In this document: positions 13,087-23,466 of the stretch, one piece after another
How the letters are laid out: every line of letters begins with the position of its first letter
How positions within the stretch are numbered: position 1 is the stretch's first letter
NCBI RefSeq assembly: GCF_006345805.1
Contig: NC_043010.1
Span: 46,996,001-47,060,000, forward strand
DNA length: 64,000 nucleotides
Origin: Octopus sinensis
Lineage: Eukaryota
Reading direction: 5' to 3'
The notes under the pieces: generated by a model
The model's input: the letters and a program-made list of their open reading frames with translations, nothing else
What the model was told of the DNA's origin: nothing
Databases searched by the model: none
Position numbers and translations under genes: made by a program

Positions 13087-13448
13087 TTACTCGTTTCAGT
13101 CATTTGACTGTGGCCATGCTGGAGCACCGTCTTTAGTCAAGCACATCGATGCCAGGACTTATTCTTTGTAAGCCTAGTACCTATTCTATCGGTCCCTGTT
13201 GCCAAACCGCTAAGTTACGATGACGTAAACACACCAGCATTGGTTGTCAAGCGATGTTGGGGGGACAAACACACATACATATATACGACGGGCTTCTTTC
13301 AGTTTCTGTCTACCAAATTCACTCACAAGGCTTTGGTCGGCCCGAGGCTATAGTAGAAGACACTTGCCCAAGATACCACACAATGGGACTGAACCTGGAA
13401 CCATGTGGTTCATAAGTAAGCTACTTACCACACAGCCACTCCTGCGCC
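13087..13448 (-). repeat. tRNA-derived SINE, near full-length (abundant family)
   Basis: Minus-strand head ggcgcaggagtggctgtgtggtaag with a B-box-like ggttcagtccc, body cttgggcaagtgtcttctactatagcctcgggccgaccaaagcc and tail gactgaaacgagtaaagag. More than 12 related copies in the window. Confidence 0.8.
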
Positions 13449-13542
13449 TTTATTAAGATCTTCACAATAATGATCATCGCTGTTATGTATGGTACAGTGT
13501 TATATAGCATAGAAGAGTTGTGTAGTACTGTATGGTCTAGAC

Positions 13543-13729
13543 CAGTGCTCTGGAACCGGCATGCTGCGACACACTTGTGTGCCACGAGACGATGCTAGGT
13601 GTGCTGCTGTGTAACCTGAATATAATTTTATCTCCTATGTTTTCAGTAATATTTTTTGTTCAGGTGTGCTGCTAAAATTTTGAAAAGAATATAAGTGTAT
13701 TGCCAGTTGAAAAAGGTTGCAGAGCACTG
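13543..13729. mobile_element. hAT MITE, 187 bp
   Basis: TIRs cagtgctctggaacc / ggttgcagagcactg; perfect 8-bp TSD gtctagac at 13535-13542 and 13730-13737. Confidence 0.88.
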
Positions 13730-13914
13730 GTCTAGACATATGGTGGAAAGTTGTTAAGTGTGGAAGAATGGTTTGATATTGAACTGTCTAGAAGTGTATT
13801 GTGATGTGAAGTATAAAAGTGATGTGTAATTTTATGTGGAGAGCTGGACTGTTGAGAAATATGTACTGTAGTAGCATGGCGAGCAGGGCCAAGTTAACAG
13901 CATTACAGGCCCCT

Positions 13915-14545
13915 TAGCAAATCATTGCACTGCACCTAATAGTATTTATTCATTGACAAGCAAGCTATAGAATACATAGATCGGAATTGAGCCTCTAGAC
14001 CTGTGAGGCCTCTGTGCAAATCAATGCACTGTGTCCTATAGTATTTATTTATTGACAGCACGCCACAAAATACATAGATTAGAATAGGGCCCTTAGACTT
14101 GTGAAGTCCCCCCAAAAATCCGTTCACTGGACCCTATAGTATTTATTCATTGAGGGTAAGCTGCATTATTCATAGATTAGAATTGAGCTCCTGGAGGTGA
14201 AGCCCCCGAGAAAATCAGTACACTTGGCCCTGTAGTATTTATTTATTGAGAGTAAGCCACATTATTCATAGATTGGAATAGGGCCCCTAGACCTATGAAC
14301 TCCCTGAGAAAATCAGTACACTGGATCCAATAGTATTTAACTATTGTCAGCAAGCCACAGTATACATAGATTAGTATTGAGCCCCTGAAAAAATCAGTTC
14401 ACTGGGTTCTATAATATTTATTTATTGATAGCAATCCACAGAATACATAGATTAGAATTGAGCCCCTAAATTTGTGAGGCCCCTGAGAAAATCAGCCACT
14501 GTATGTATAGATTACAATTGGGCCCCTAGACCATTGAAGCCTGCA
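13915..14545. repeat. Degenerate ~97-100-bp tandem repeat, about 6-7 copies
   Basis: Anchor tagtattta at about 13940, 14039, 14136, 14233 and 14331 (variant at 14412); catagattagaat recurs in each unit. Confidence 0.8.
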
Positions 14546-14784
14546 GGCAATGGCTCAGACGTGTTGTGTAGTGTTAGAAACATAGTGTAGAAATGTGTTG
14601 TGTAAAAGTGTGATGTAGCATAGAAGCGTGGTATAAGGATGGAATGTGCAGTAATGTAGTGTAATATTCTTTCTGGTGTATTGTCTTGTAATGTCAATGA
14701 CATGTGGTTAAGTTGTTTGTTGTATAGAAGTGTGAAGCTTTACTGTATTGAATAGTGTTTTGTCAAGACCGGGTATAATGTTAT

Positions 14785-14900
14785 ATAATATATAATGAAC
14801 TTATTGTATACAGTGCTCAAGTGCTCTTCAACTAATCAGAAAGAGTAACCAAAACTGCATGAACAGTACACAGAATATTCACAGGAAGTGAACAGTGAAT
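14785..14900 (-). mobile_element. Short 3' end fragment of the CR1 family
   Basis: aatgaacttattgtatacagtgctcaagtgc matches the CR1 3' termini at about 58540 and 62560. Confidence 0.55.
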
Positions 14901-16014
14901 AAATCATTAAAAAAAAAAACCAGAGTGGGTGGCATCATGTGTACTGTTGGCAAATTTCAGGAAGTAAGTGTATAACTACTGTATAGTACAGATATGTGGT
15001 AGAGTTAAGAAGTATAGTGCAGTACTGTGTAATGTAGAAGTGTGGTTCACAACCAAAATGAAGTGCAGTGTTGGATGTAGTGTAAAAATATGGGGTAATG
15101 TTGTACAGAGTACAAGAGTTATACAGTGTTGACATACGTTAGCATGTAAAAAGCACCATCCGAACATGGCTGATGTCAGTGCCGCCTTGACTGACTTATG
15201 TGCCGGTGGCACATAAAAATTACCATCCGATTGTGGTCGATGGCAGCTCCCCTGGTCCCTTGTGCTAGTAGCCCATTAGGAAAGGCATCAAGCTGTAGAA
15301 ACACTGCCAGATCAGATTGGGGCCTGGTGCAGCCTCCTGGCTTCCCAGACCCCATTCAAACCTTCCAACTCATACCAGCATGGAAAACAGACATTAAACA
15401 ATGATGATGATGATGATGATGATGATATATATATAATGTAAAACTGAGAATGTGTGTGTGTCTGTCTGTGTGCACCATTAAAACTCAAGAACTACCCAAC
15501 TGATTTCATTCAAATTTTACACATGCCTTACTTAGGGCCCATGCAGTGTGATGGGCCAAAACAATTTTCAACTTCTTGCCTAATGCAAGCCCAGAACAAT
15601 CTCTTATCTCTTACACTATTTCAGTATTACATATCAAAAATCAAACAATAACATCTCTATTGTAATGAGAGATAACACTTTCAGTTTTAATAGTTTCACT
15701 GTTAATCCTGAAACTATTACCTTACATATATACATACAATACATATACATACACACATATATAAATATATATATACATATATATATATATAGATTTATAT
15801 GTATGCATGTATATATATATTTGTACATGTATAAATATATATGTATGGGTGTATATATATAGAATATATATATATATAGATAGATAGATTTATATGTATA
15901 TATATGTATATGTGTAAATATATATATGTACTAGGCTTACAAAGAATAAATCCTGGGGTCGATTTCTTCAACTAAAGGCAGTGCTCTAGCATGGTCACAG
16001 TCACATGACCAAAA

Positions 16015-16338
16015 CAAATAAAATAATAAAAAACTGTATAGCCTCGGGCCGACCAAAGCCTTGTGAGTAGATTTGGTAGACGGAAACTGAAAGAAGCCCG
16101 CCGTATATATATATATATATGTATGTATGTGTGTGTATATGTTTGTCTCCCCAGCATCGCTTGACAACCGATGCTGGTGTGTTTACGTCCCCGTAACTTA
16201 GCGGTTCGGCAAAAAGAGACCGATAGAATAAGTACTAGGCTTAAAAAGAATAGGTCCTGGTGTCGATTTGCTCGACTAAAGGCGGTGCTGCAGCATGGCC
16301 GCAGTCAAATGACTGAAACAAGTAAGAGAGTAAAAGAG
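16015..16338 (+). repeat. tRNA-derived SINE, 5'-truncated, little-diverged copy
   Basis: Same family as 13087-13448, with CpGs retained; preceded by a partial 3' duplicate at 15930-16010. Confidence 0.8.
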
Positions 16339-16949
16339 TAATATATATAAAATTTGGGGGGTGGGGTAGAGTAAATGAACAATTCTAAATTTCAGCCTAG
16401 CCTTCTGAAAAAAAATTTCATCAAAAATAAATCGGAATCATTTTTTTCTTCTTATTTTGTAATCAAATTATACTTCCGCAACAGATATTACTTTTAATAG
16501 GGAAGAAATAAAATACAATATTTGGAATTAGATAATGGATAGTGACACTAATATAAAAAACTCTTAAAACGTGACAAAAGCTTTGAACAATCGGTTTTCC
16601 CCACACAACCTTACGTATATTTTACCTAATGCTCTATGAATGTTATAAAATATAAGAAGAAAAAAAAGATATGGAAAGCGAATAGATGGATAATAGAACC
16701 AAAGAATTAATTGCTAAAATTCAAACAAAAAATATTTAATTTAAAAGGTTTAAGATACGTTGGAATTAGGTTTTCCTTCTGTAAAAAATGAAGTTTCAAT
16801 ACATCTTGTTAGTATCAGTATAGCAGTTTTCAAGCAAGGGATACATTATCGAGTTGAAATAAACTTTAAAAAGGGAAACTTCGAAGAACAATGTATGAAT
16901 GCACATATAATACAGCATAACATAACATAATATAATATAATATATAATA

Positions 16950-17677
16950 TATATATATTCTCGTTAATGTATATTGTCATAAGAAATAATGGTTTTCTGC
17001 AAGATGAAAATCAAGATTAAACAAAACAAAACAAAAATAAACAAGAGAATATTTTATTGACTATCAGCAAGCACGTGTTAAAAGGGCTTACGACGTCGCG
17101 TGTTGAACATTTTACGTTGAAATATACAAATATATACAGAGAGACGAATTACTTCAATTGAATCGTTAACATTATGGTAATTATACGGTGCAATTAAGCA
17201 GAAGTGTAATATATCTAATTAAATCAATATTCTGATCTGAAGATAAATATTCAAAGGAATATAGCGATTCAATCTAAAAATGAATGAGAGGAGACGGAAA
17301 AGTTAATCTATATTCAAAAATTAAGCTTGTCCCCCCTGCCCTCGCTTTGACAGTTATTAAATACATGTAGAGCTAACATCTTTTAATTACGAAACTAATA
17401 CCGCATAAAACCGTAACTTTCAGACTTGTCAAAAAACGAGGATATTCTCAAGTAATTGAGAGAATTTAATATTTATGTTTTGAATTTGAACTGTCGTTGA
17501 TTGACAATTCATCTGTCTATATGGTCACGTTGGTGAACGTATTGTCATTTGTGAACTTCGGAGGTGGTACAGAATACAAGTGTGAACTCTAATGGCGGTC
17601 GTCATAGAGTCGGCTGCCGTTCAATTATCTTCGACTCTCAATAGTTTGCCTAAAATCCTGCCTTTTGCCTGAAGAAT
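16950..17677 (+). promoter_or_regulatory. Putative promoter and 5' UTR of the FBXW7 gene
   Basis: Repeat-free, CpG-enriched stretch directly upstream of the ORF; in-frame stop at 17651-17653 makes ATG 17678 the first in-frame start. TSS not determined. Confidence 0.45.
17592..17672 (+). other. Upstream ORF, 26 codons (MAVVIESAAVQLSSTLNSLPKILPFA)
   Basis: ATG at 17592 (aATGG), TGA at 17670-17672; ends 5 nt before the main ATG and in a different frame. Confidence 0.4.
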
Positions 17678-20380
17678 ATGGTAGGAAGAAAGAAAAACAC
17701 CACTGGGGCAACTGAGAAGAAAATAGATGTTAATCTGGCATGCGTGGAGGAGTTAACTTCGCTTGATAGGATCGGTCCGAGAAGAGCAGAGAGTATTGTG
17801 GAGGCTCGGAAGCGTTTAGGAGGATTCAGTTGTGTCGATGATTTGTGTAAAGTTAACGGCATCACTACTGAATGGCTTGAATCGAACAAATCCAGTCTAG
17901 GTTGTGTACCTTACAGTGTGAAGTCTCCACGGCGACCCAGACAATCTACGGTGAACAACAGTAACGAAGTAAGTGATGCTAAAGAAGAACATCAGTGTAT
18001 AGAGACTTCCTCTTCTTCTTCTCTTTCTTCTTCTTCTACTGTTTGCACTACTTCATCTTTTACTTGTGCATCTGTACCTAATACAAGTTCTTCGAATAAT
18101 ACTTGTTTTAGTTCTCCATCTACATCGTCACTATCATCTACTTGTACTATTACTACTACCTCTCCACCGGCGACAACTACTATTCCAACATCATACGCCA
18201 TCAATTTTAAATGGGACCCTTCTACAAGCAAGAATAGGTCCTCCTCCACCTCAAGTGGCCTTCGTGTAAATCGTTCAAGTGAGAATCTGTGTAATTTGGA
18301 ATGTTCTGAAGGTGCTAGTAGTGTAACCAGTACTGCGACCAGTTCTACCTCTGACCAAGACCGGCAGATTTTGGTGGTCAATGAAGACGCTTCTGAAAAT
18401 CCTCCAGCTGCTGAAGATAAAATGACTGTCCAAGTATCCCAGAAGGTAACAACTAATGATATTATTCAAGCCGATTCGGATAATTGGACTAACAATAACC
18501 CCCCTGATAAATCCGAAGCCTGCTCTGCATCAGCTAATGAGGTGGGCAAAGGAGAAGGTGGGGAATGTGAAACTAATGATGGTCAGAGTAATGATCGGAA
18601 TGGCTCAGGAGGAAGTTTAGAGAACAGTTGCAGCGATGGTAATTCTGGACTAGGGTCATCATTGGTCTCCTCTATTAGTCCACATCAAAGTTTATTTTCT
18701 AGCCCTCCACTGAAATCTCGTATTCCAGTGCCTATTCATCAACACAAGGATAAATATATAATGAAAAGAAAGCAAGACATTGGTTGGCAAGAAGAGGAAG
18801 AAACAACACCAGGAAAAAAATTCTGTCGTTCTTCAGCAGAACTCTTTAATTCTGATACTTTGCGCTCTCATAACCTGTCAACTTTAAACATGGGTTTTAC
18901 TAGAAAAAAAATTCCATCAAAAAGCAACCCCCCTCCAGAACTTGCTCAATGGTTACAGACATTCCAGTCCTGGAGTAACCCTGAGCGATGCTTAGCTTTA
19001 GATGAGATGATAGAACTTTGTGAACCCACCCAGGTCAGACATATCATGCAGGTTATTGAGCCTCAGTTCCAAAGGGATTTCATTTCATTGCTTCCAAAGG
19101 AATTGGCATTGTATGTTCTATCCTATCTTGGACCAAAGGATCTTCTCCGTGCAGCGCAGACTTGTCGTTACTGGCGTGTTCTTACCGAGGATAATTTACT
19201 TTGGCGGGAAAAATGTAACGAAGAAGGAATTGATGAATCTTTAGTATTTGGATATAGTGTAAGACGACGATCTCAGGGTATGTTGAGAAGTCCCTGGAAA
19301 ACTCTTTACATGCGACAACATCAGATCGAACAGTATTGGAGATGTGGTAAAATTCGTCCACCAAAACTCCTCAAAGGTCATGAGGATCATGTGATAACCT
19401 GTTTAGAATTTTGTGGTAGCAGAATTGTGAGTGGGTCTGATGATAACACACTAAAAGTTTGGTCATCATTGACTGGGAAATGTTTACGAACACTTATTGG
19501 TCATACTGGTGGTGTGTGGGCATCACAGATGGCTGACAATATCATTATTAGTGGATCTACAGACCGAACACTCAAAGTTTGGAATGCAGAGACTGGCCAG
19601 TGTATTCATACTTTATATGGTCACACATCAACAGTGCGTTGTATGCACTTGCATGAGAATAAAGTTGTGAGTGGTTCGAGAGATGCTACACTTCGAGTAT
19701 GGGACATTGATACTGGTCAGTGCCTGCATGTTTTGATGGGGCATGTTGCAGCAGTTCGTTGTGTTCAATATGATGGGCGACGGGTGGTCAGTGGAGCCTA
19801 TGACTACACGGTTAAAGTGTGGGATCCAGAGACTGAAGCCTGTCTCCACTCTCTGCAAGGACACACTAACAGGGTGTACTCACTACAATTTGATGGTACA
19901 CACATAGTTAGTGGCTCTTTGGATACGTCAATCCGTGTCTGGGATGTTGAGACAGGCACCTGCCTACATACGCTCATTGGTCACCAGTCGCTGACTAGTG
20001 GTATGGAACTGAAAGAGAATATACTTGTTTCAGGCAATGCTGATTCCACTGTTAAAGTTTGGGACATTCGCACTGGTCGTTGCCTTCAGACACTTCAGGG
20101 TCCGAACAGACACCAGAGTGCTGTCACATGCTTGCAGTTTAACAAGAAATTTGTGATAACTTCATCAGATGATGGAACTGTAAAAATCTGGGACTTAAAG
20201 ACTGGTGAGTTTCTACGGAATTTAGTGACACTAGAGAGTGGTGGAAGTGGTGGAGTTGTATGGCGGGTACGCTGCACCAACACCAAACTTATATGTGCTG
20301 TTGGCAGTCGGAATGGTACAGAAGAAACAAAATTAATGGTATTAGATTTTGATGTTGATGATCGGAAGCAACCTGTCTAA
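17678..20380 (+). CDS. FBXW7: F-box/WD40 protein FBXW7 (Archipelago/SEL-10/Cdc4 family), single-exon ORF, with N-terminal ComEA-like double helix-hairpin-helix domain
   Basis: 900-aa uninterrupted ORF. MKRKQD at aa 362 matches the vertebrate common-region start MKRKLD. D-domain WLQTFQSWSNPERCLALDEMIELCEPTQVRH and F-box DFISLLPKELALYVLSYL...LLWREKC are present. WD40 repeats end in GSRNGTEETKLMVLDFD, nearly identical to the FBXW7 C-terminus. R654, R668 and R694 correspond to human R465, R479 and R505. Residues 15-74 are HhH-like. Confidence 0.96.
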   Translation: MVGRKKNTTGATEKKIDVNLACVEELTSLDRIGPRRAESIVEARKRLGGFSCVDDLCKVNGITTEWLESNKSSLGCVPYSVKSPRRPRQSTVNNSNEVSDAKEEHQCIETSSSSSLSSSSTVCTTSSFTCASVPNTSSSNNTCFSSPSTSSLSSTCTITTTSPPATTTIPTSYAINFKWDPSTSKNRSSSTSSGLRVNRSSENLCNLECSEGASSVTSTATSSTSDQDRQILVVNEDASENPPAAEDKMTVQVSQKVTTNDIIQADSDNWTNNNPPDKSEACSASANEVGKGEGGECETNDGQSNDRNGSGGSLENSCSDGNSGLGSSLVSSISPHQSLFSSPPLKSRIPVPIHQHKDKYIMKRKQDIGWQEEEETTPGKKFCRSSAELFNSDTLRSHNLSTLNMGFTRKKIPSKSNPPPELAQWLQTFQSWSNPERCLALDEMIELCEPTQVRHIMQVIEPQFQRDFISLLPKELALYVLSYLGPKDLLRAAQTCRYWRVLTEDNLLWREKCNEEGIDESLVFGYSVRRRSQGMLRSPWKTLYMRQHQIEQYWRCGKIRPPKLLKGHEDHVITCLEFCGSRIVSGSDDNTLKVWSSLTGKCLRTLIGHTGGVWASQMADNIIISGSTDRTLKVWNAETGQCIHTLYGHTSTVRCMHLHENKVVSGSRDATLRVWDIDTGQCLHVLMGHVAAVRCVQYDGRRVVSGAYDYTVKVWDPETEACLHSLQGHTNRVYSLQFDGTHIVSGSLDTSIRVWDVETGTCLHTLIGHQSLTSGMELKENILVSGNADSTVKVWDIRTGRCLQTLQGPNRHQSAVTCLQFNKKFVITSSDDGTVKIWDLKTGEFLRNLVTLESGGSGGVVWRVRCTNTKLICAVGSRNGTEETKLMVLDFDVDDRKQPV

Positions 20381-20622
20381 AAACATAATATATATGTATA
20401 TATAGCATTAAATTATATATATATATATGTATAAGTAACATTATATATATATATATATATATATACATACACATACCTGCTCTTATATATACATAGGTAT
20501 ACATGCATACATCTATATAAACAGGTGTATGATTATATATGTATACATATATACACATATATATACATATACATATATTTATACATACATATATATATAC
20601 ATATATATACATATATATACAC

Positions 20623-20661
<39 letters not shown>

Positions 20662-21381
20662 AAGTGTGTGTGTGTGCACATTGATGTTTACATAAATGTA
20701 ATGTATGCACATATATGTATACTTGCATATATATATAGAGATAGATATACACGTGTATATATATATATACATACACACATACGTGTATGTATATACACGT
20801 GTATGTATGTGTCTATATATATATGCATGAGTACATGTGTACAAGCTTATATATATGTGCATGTATGTATATACATGCTCACATTCTGTGTATATGTATA
20901 CATGTGCATATGTAAATAGATAAATGTACACTTATATATATGTGCATATATATATAATTATATACACACACACACACACATCCATGCACACATTCTTCAA
21001 GCAAAATACTAGAGTCAAATGCAACATCATCTCCTATTCTTTCTATCTTTCCTTAATTCCAGAACATTTTGCTTTTTTTTTTTCTGAAAACTTTCTTCTA
21101 CATATTTTCATGTCTTTTCTTTCTATTTATTTATTGATTGATTTTTTTTTTTTTTTCCTTTTGTTGAGGAAAATGTTCTTCTCCCTTCCCTGCCCCACCC
21201 ACCCCATTTTTGGCCGCACTGATTTAGGTTTCATTTATTGGGCTTTGTCCTTACATTTAAAGCATCTAATTAGAGCAGAACGTATCTCTTAGGGCAAGCA
21301 AACAACAAAAATATTAAGAGATCAAGAAATATATATATATATATCTTTTTCTTTACTAGCTTCAGCTCGAGATCTGTGACC

Positions 21382-21448
<67 letters not shown>

Positions 21449-22095
21449 GTGTGTGTGTACCGTCGTTCTGATAATTTCTGTATTCTTTACATGTAATTCT
21501 CACCCACCCGCTTTTTTCTTTTCTCAAGCCTCCACCCCAAAAAAGGGAGAGGGAGTTTTATTACATTTTGTCACTCCATCACCGCTCTTTATTCTTCTCC
21601 TTTATTTTCTTTATTAATTTTTCACATTTATTTATTGATGATGAAGAAAAGAGAAGGGAAAAATATTACTCTTTTTTTTGTTGTTGTTGTTTCTTTCTTT
21701 CTCTCTTGTTTCCTTGGTCTTTCTCCTTCTTTTTTACCTCATCGCTAATCTCTCTCTCTCTCTCTGACAACCCTCCTTCCGGATCTGTTAGCATAAAAAC
21801 AGAAAACATTCACACATCCACCTTGTCACTAAAATAACTCAATTCACCACACCTTTAAGGCTTATTACCTTAGGTTACCCACCCGTTAGTGAATGCTTCG
21901 TATCTTTTTCATATTTTTTTTCCCATTTTCATTTAGTGTTTTTTTTTTTCAAATTCTTTTTTCATACTAATTTCTAGTTCATTTTAGAATAATTTCCTGC
22001 CGTTTTTCTTTCTATCTATACACGTATGCATCAATCTATGTGTGTGTTTTGTGTTAACGTCGGATAGCTTCCTTATATGTATACCCGTGTGAGTA

Positions 22096-22127
<32 letters not shown>

Positions 22128-22130
22128 CAT

Positions 22131-22481
22131 ACACACAAAAATATATACATGTGTATGTATGTTTACACACACGTATATTCAACAGACTCACTGTGCAGAT
22201 ATATATATATATATTAGACACGAGTTTATATATGTAATAAATGTAACATGTACACATACACTATGTATGAATAATCTATCTATATATATGTGTGTGTGTG
22301 TGATGTGTTTAACACACAAAAATATATACATATGTATGTATGTTTATACACACGTATATTCAACAGACTCACTGTGCAGATATATATATTAGACACGAGT
22401 TTATATATGTAATAATGTAACATGTACACATACACTATGTATGAATAATCTATATATATATATGTGTGTGTGTGTGTGATG
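22131..22481. repeat. Tandem duplication, period about 181 bp
   Basis: acacacaaaaatatatacat...caacagactcactgtgcagat...agacacgagttt occurs at 22131 and 22312. Confidence 0.85.
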
Positions 22482-23256
22482 TATTTATATATGTGAATAC
22501 ATAGATATTGTACACGAGTGTGTGTATATATTTGTATTCACACATGCAAAATTCATAAGCTTACACAAAAATAAATGTATGTGTGTGTGTGTATATATAT
22601 AATTCTGTGTTGCACTGGGTAGTGATTTGATTTGATTTGATGGTGTTAAAACTAAACTAAATAGCATTTTGGTAGAGTCGTGTTAGCCATTTAAAATATA
22701 CACTGTTATTTTATTATTACTCTGTAATAATAATATCTATGCCTACAGCTGTATAAAAAAAACAGTCTTTCATGTACATGAGCGACCTTAGTCTCTGACA
22801 TGCAGTTAGCTCGGCCCTCAGTTACCAAGTTGTCGATGTTCTAATGAAAGCCTTGGTATTTCATGGTATAAGCTATTATAAGATTTAATATATACAGTGT
22901 ATGATTAACATGACTTCTATCACATTGCAATTGTTTTAGACAGATCAAATCAATGGACTAACAAATAAAAAAAAAACGTACAATACAGCAGTATATATAC
23001 ATATATATATATATAATTAATTAATTACACACACACACACTCAGAAATGTGTCTTTGTCAAACGCTTTTCTTAAGTATAGATTTTATAAGTCTGGTGTTG
23101 TTTATCTTCATGGCAAAATGTTCAATTTTCCCAATGTTGATTGATACAACAATTGTCAGGCCTTTTGAAATAGTTCTATACCTGAACCATCTACTAGCTA
23201 ATTGCAGTACTGTAGCTACATTTGTATATATGTACACATAATGATGCTGATACACA

Positions 23257-23322
<66 letters not shown>

Positions 23323-23430
23323 TCATGCCGTGTGTGTACATATCTATATATAGAGTGTGTGTATGTATGTATATATATATATATATATATATACACATAA
23401 TGTGCATTTACATATATAAGTATGCGTATT

Positions 23431-23466
<36 letters not shown>

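Noticed and set aside
13380-13448. tRNA genes at SINE heads (also 35083, 40340, 42467, 46835)
   Set aside because: They show A/B-box-like motifs but no complete cloverleaf or acceptor stem, and they continue into SINE bodies.
17072-17097. E-box CACGTG and CRE-like GACGTC as a Myc-FBXW7 feedback site
   Set aside because: Single hexamers are expected by chance; no conservation or binding data are available.
17720-17899. Bacterial comEA gene from contamination or recent horizontal transfer
   Set aside because: The HhH segment is in frame with a metazoan FBXW7, has host-like composition, lacks a signal or membrane anchor and sits among host repeats. Eukaryotic HHH_3 donors exist (for example EEPD1). 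The ultimate origin is unresolved.
17650-20286. Antisense and alternate-frame ORFs overlapping FBXW7
   Set aside because: Shadow ORFs of the real coding strand with no recognisable motifs.
20381-20420. Poly(A) remnant or TSD of the FBXW7 retrocopy
   Set aside because: The TA microsatellite after the stop is not an A-tail, and no matching direct repeat was found upstream.
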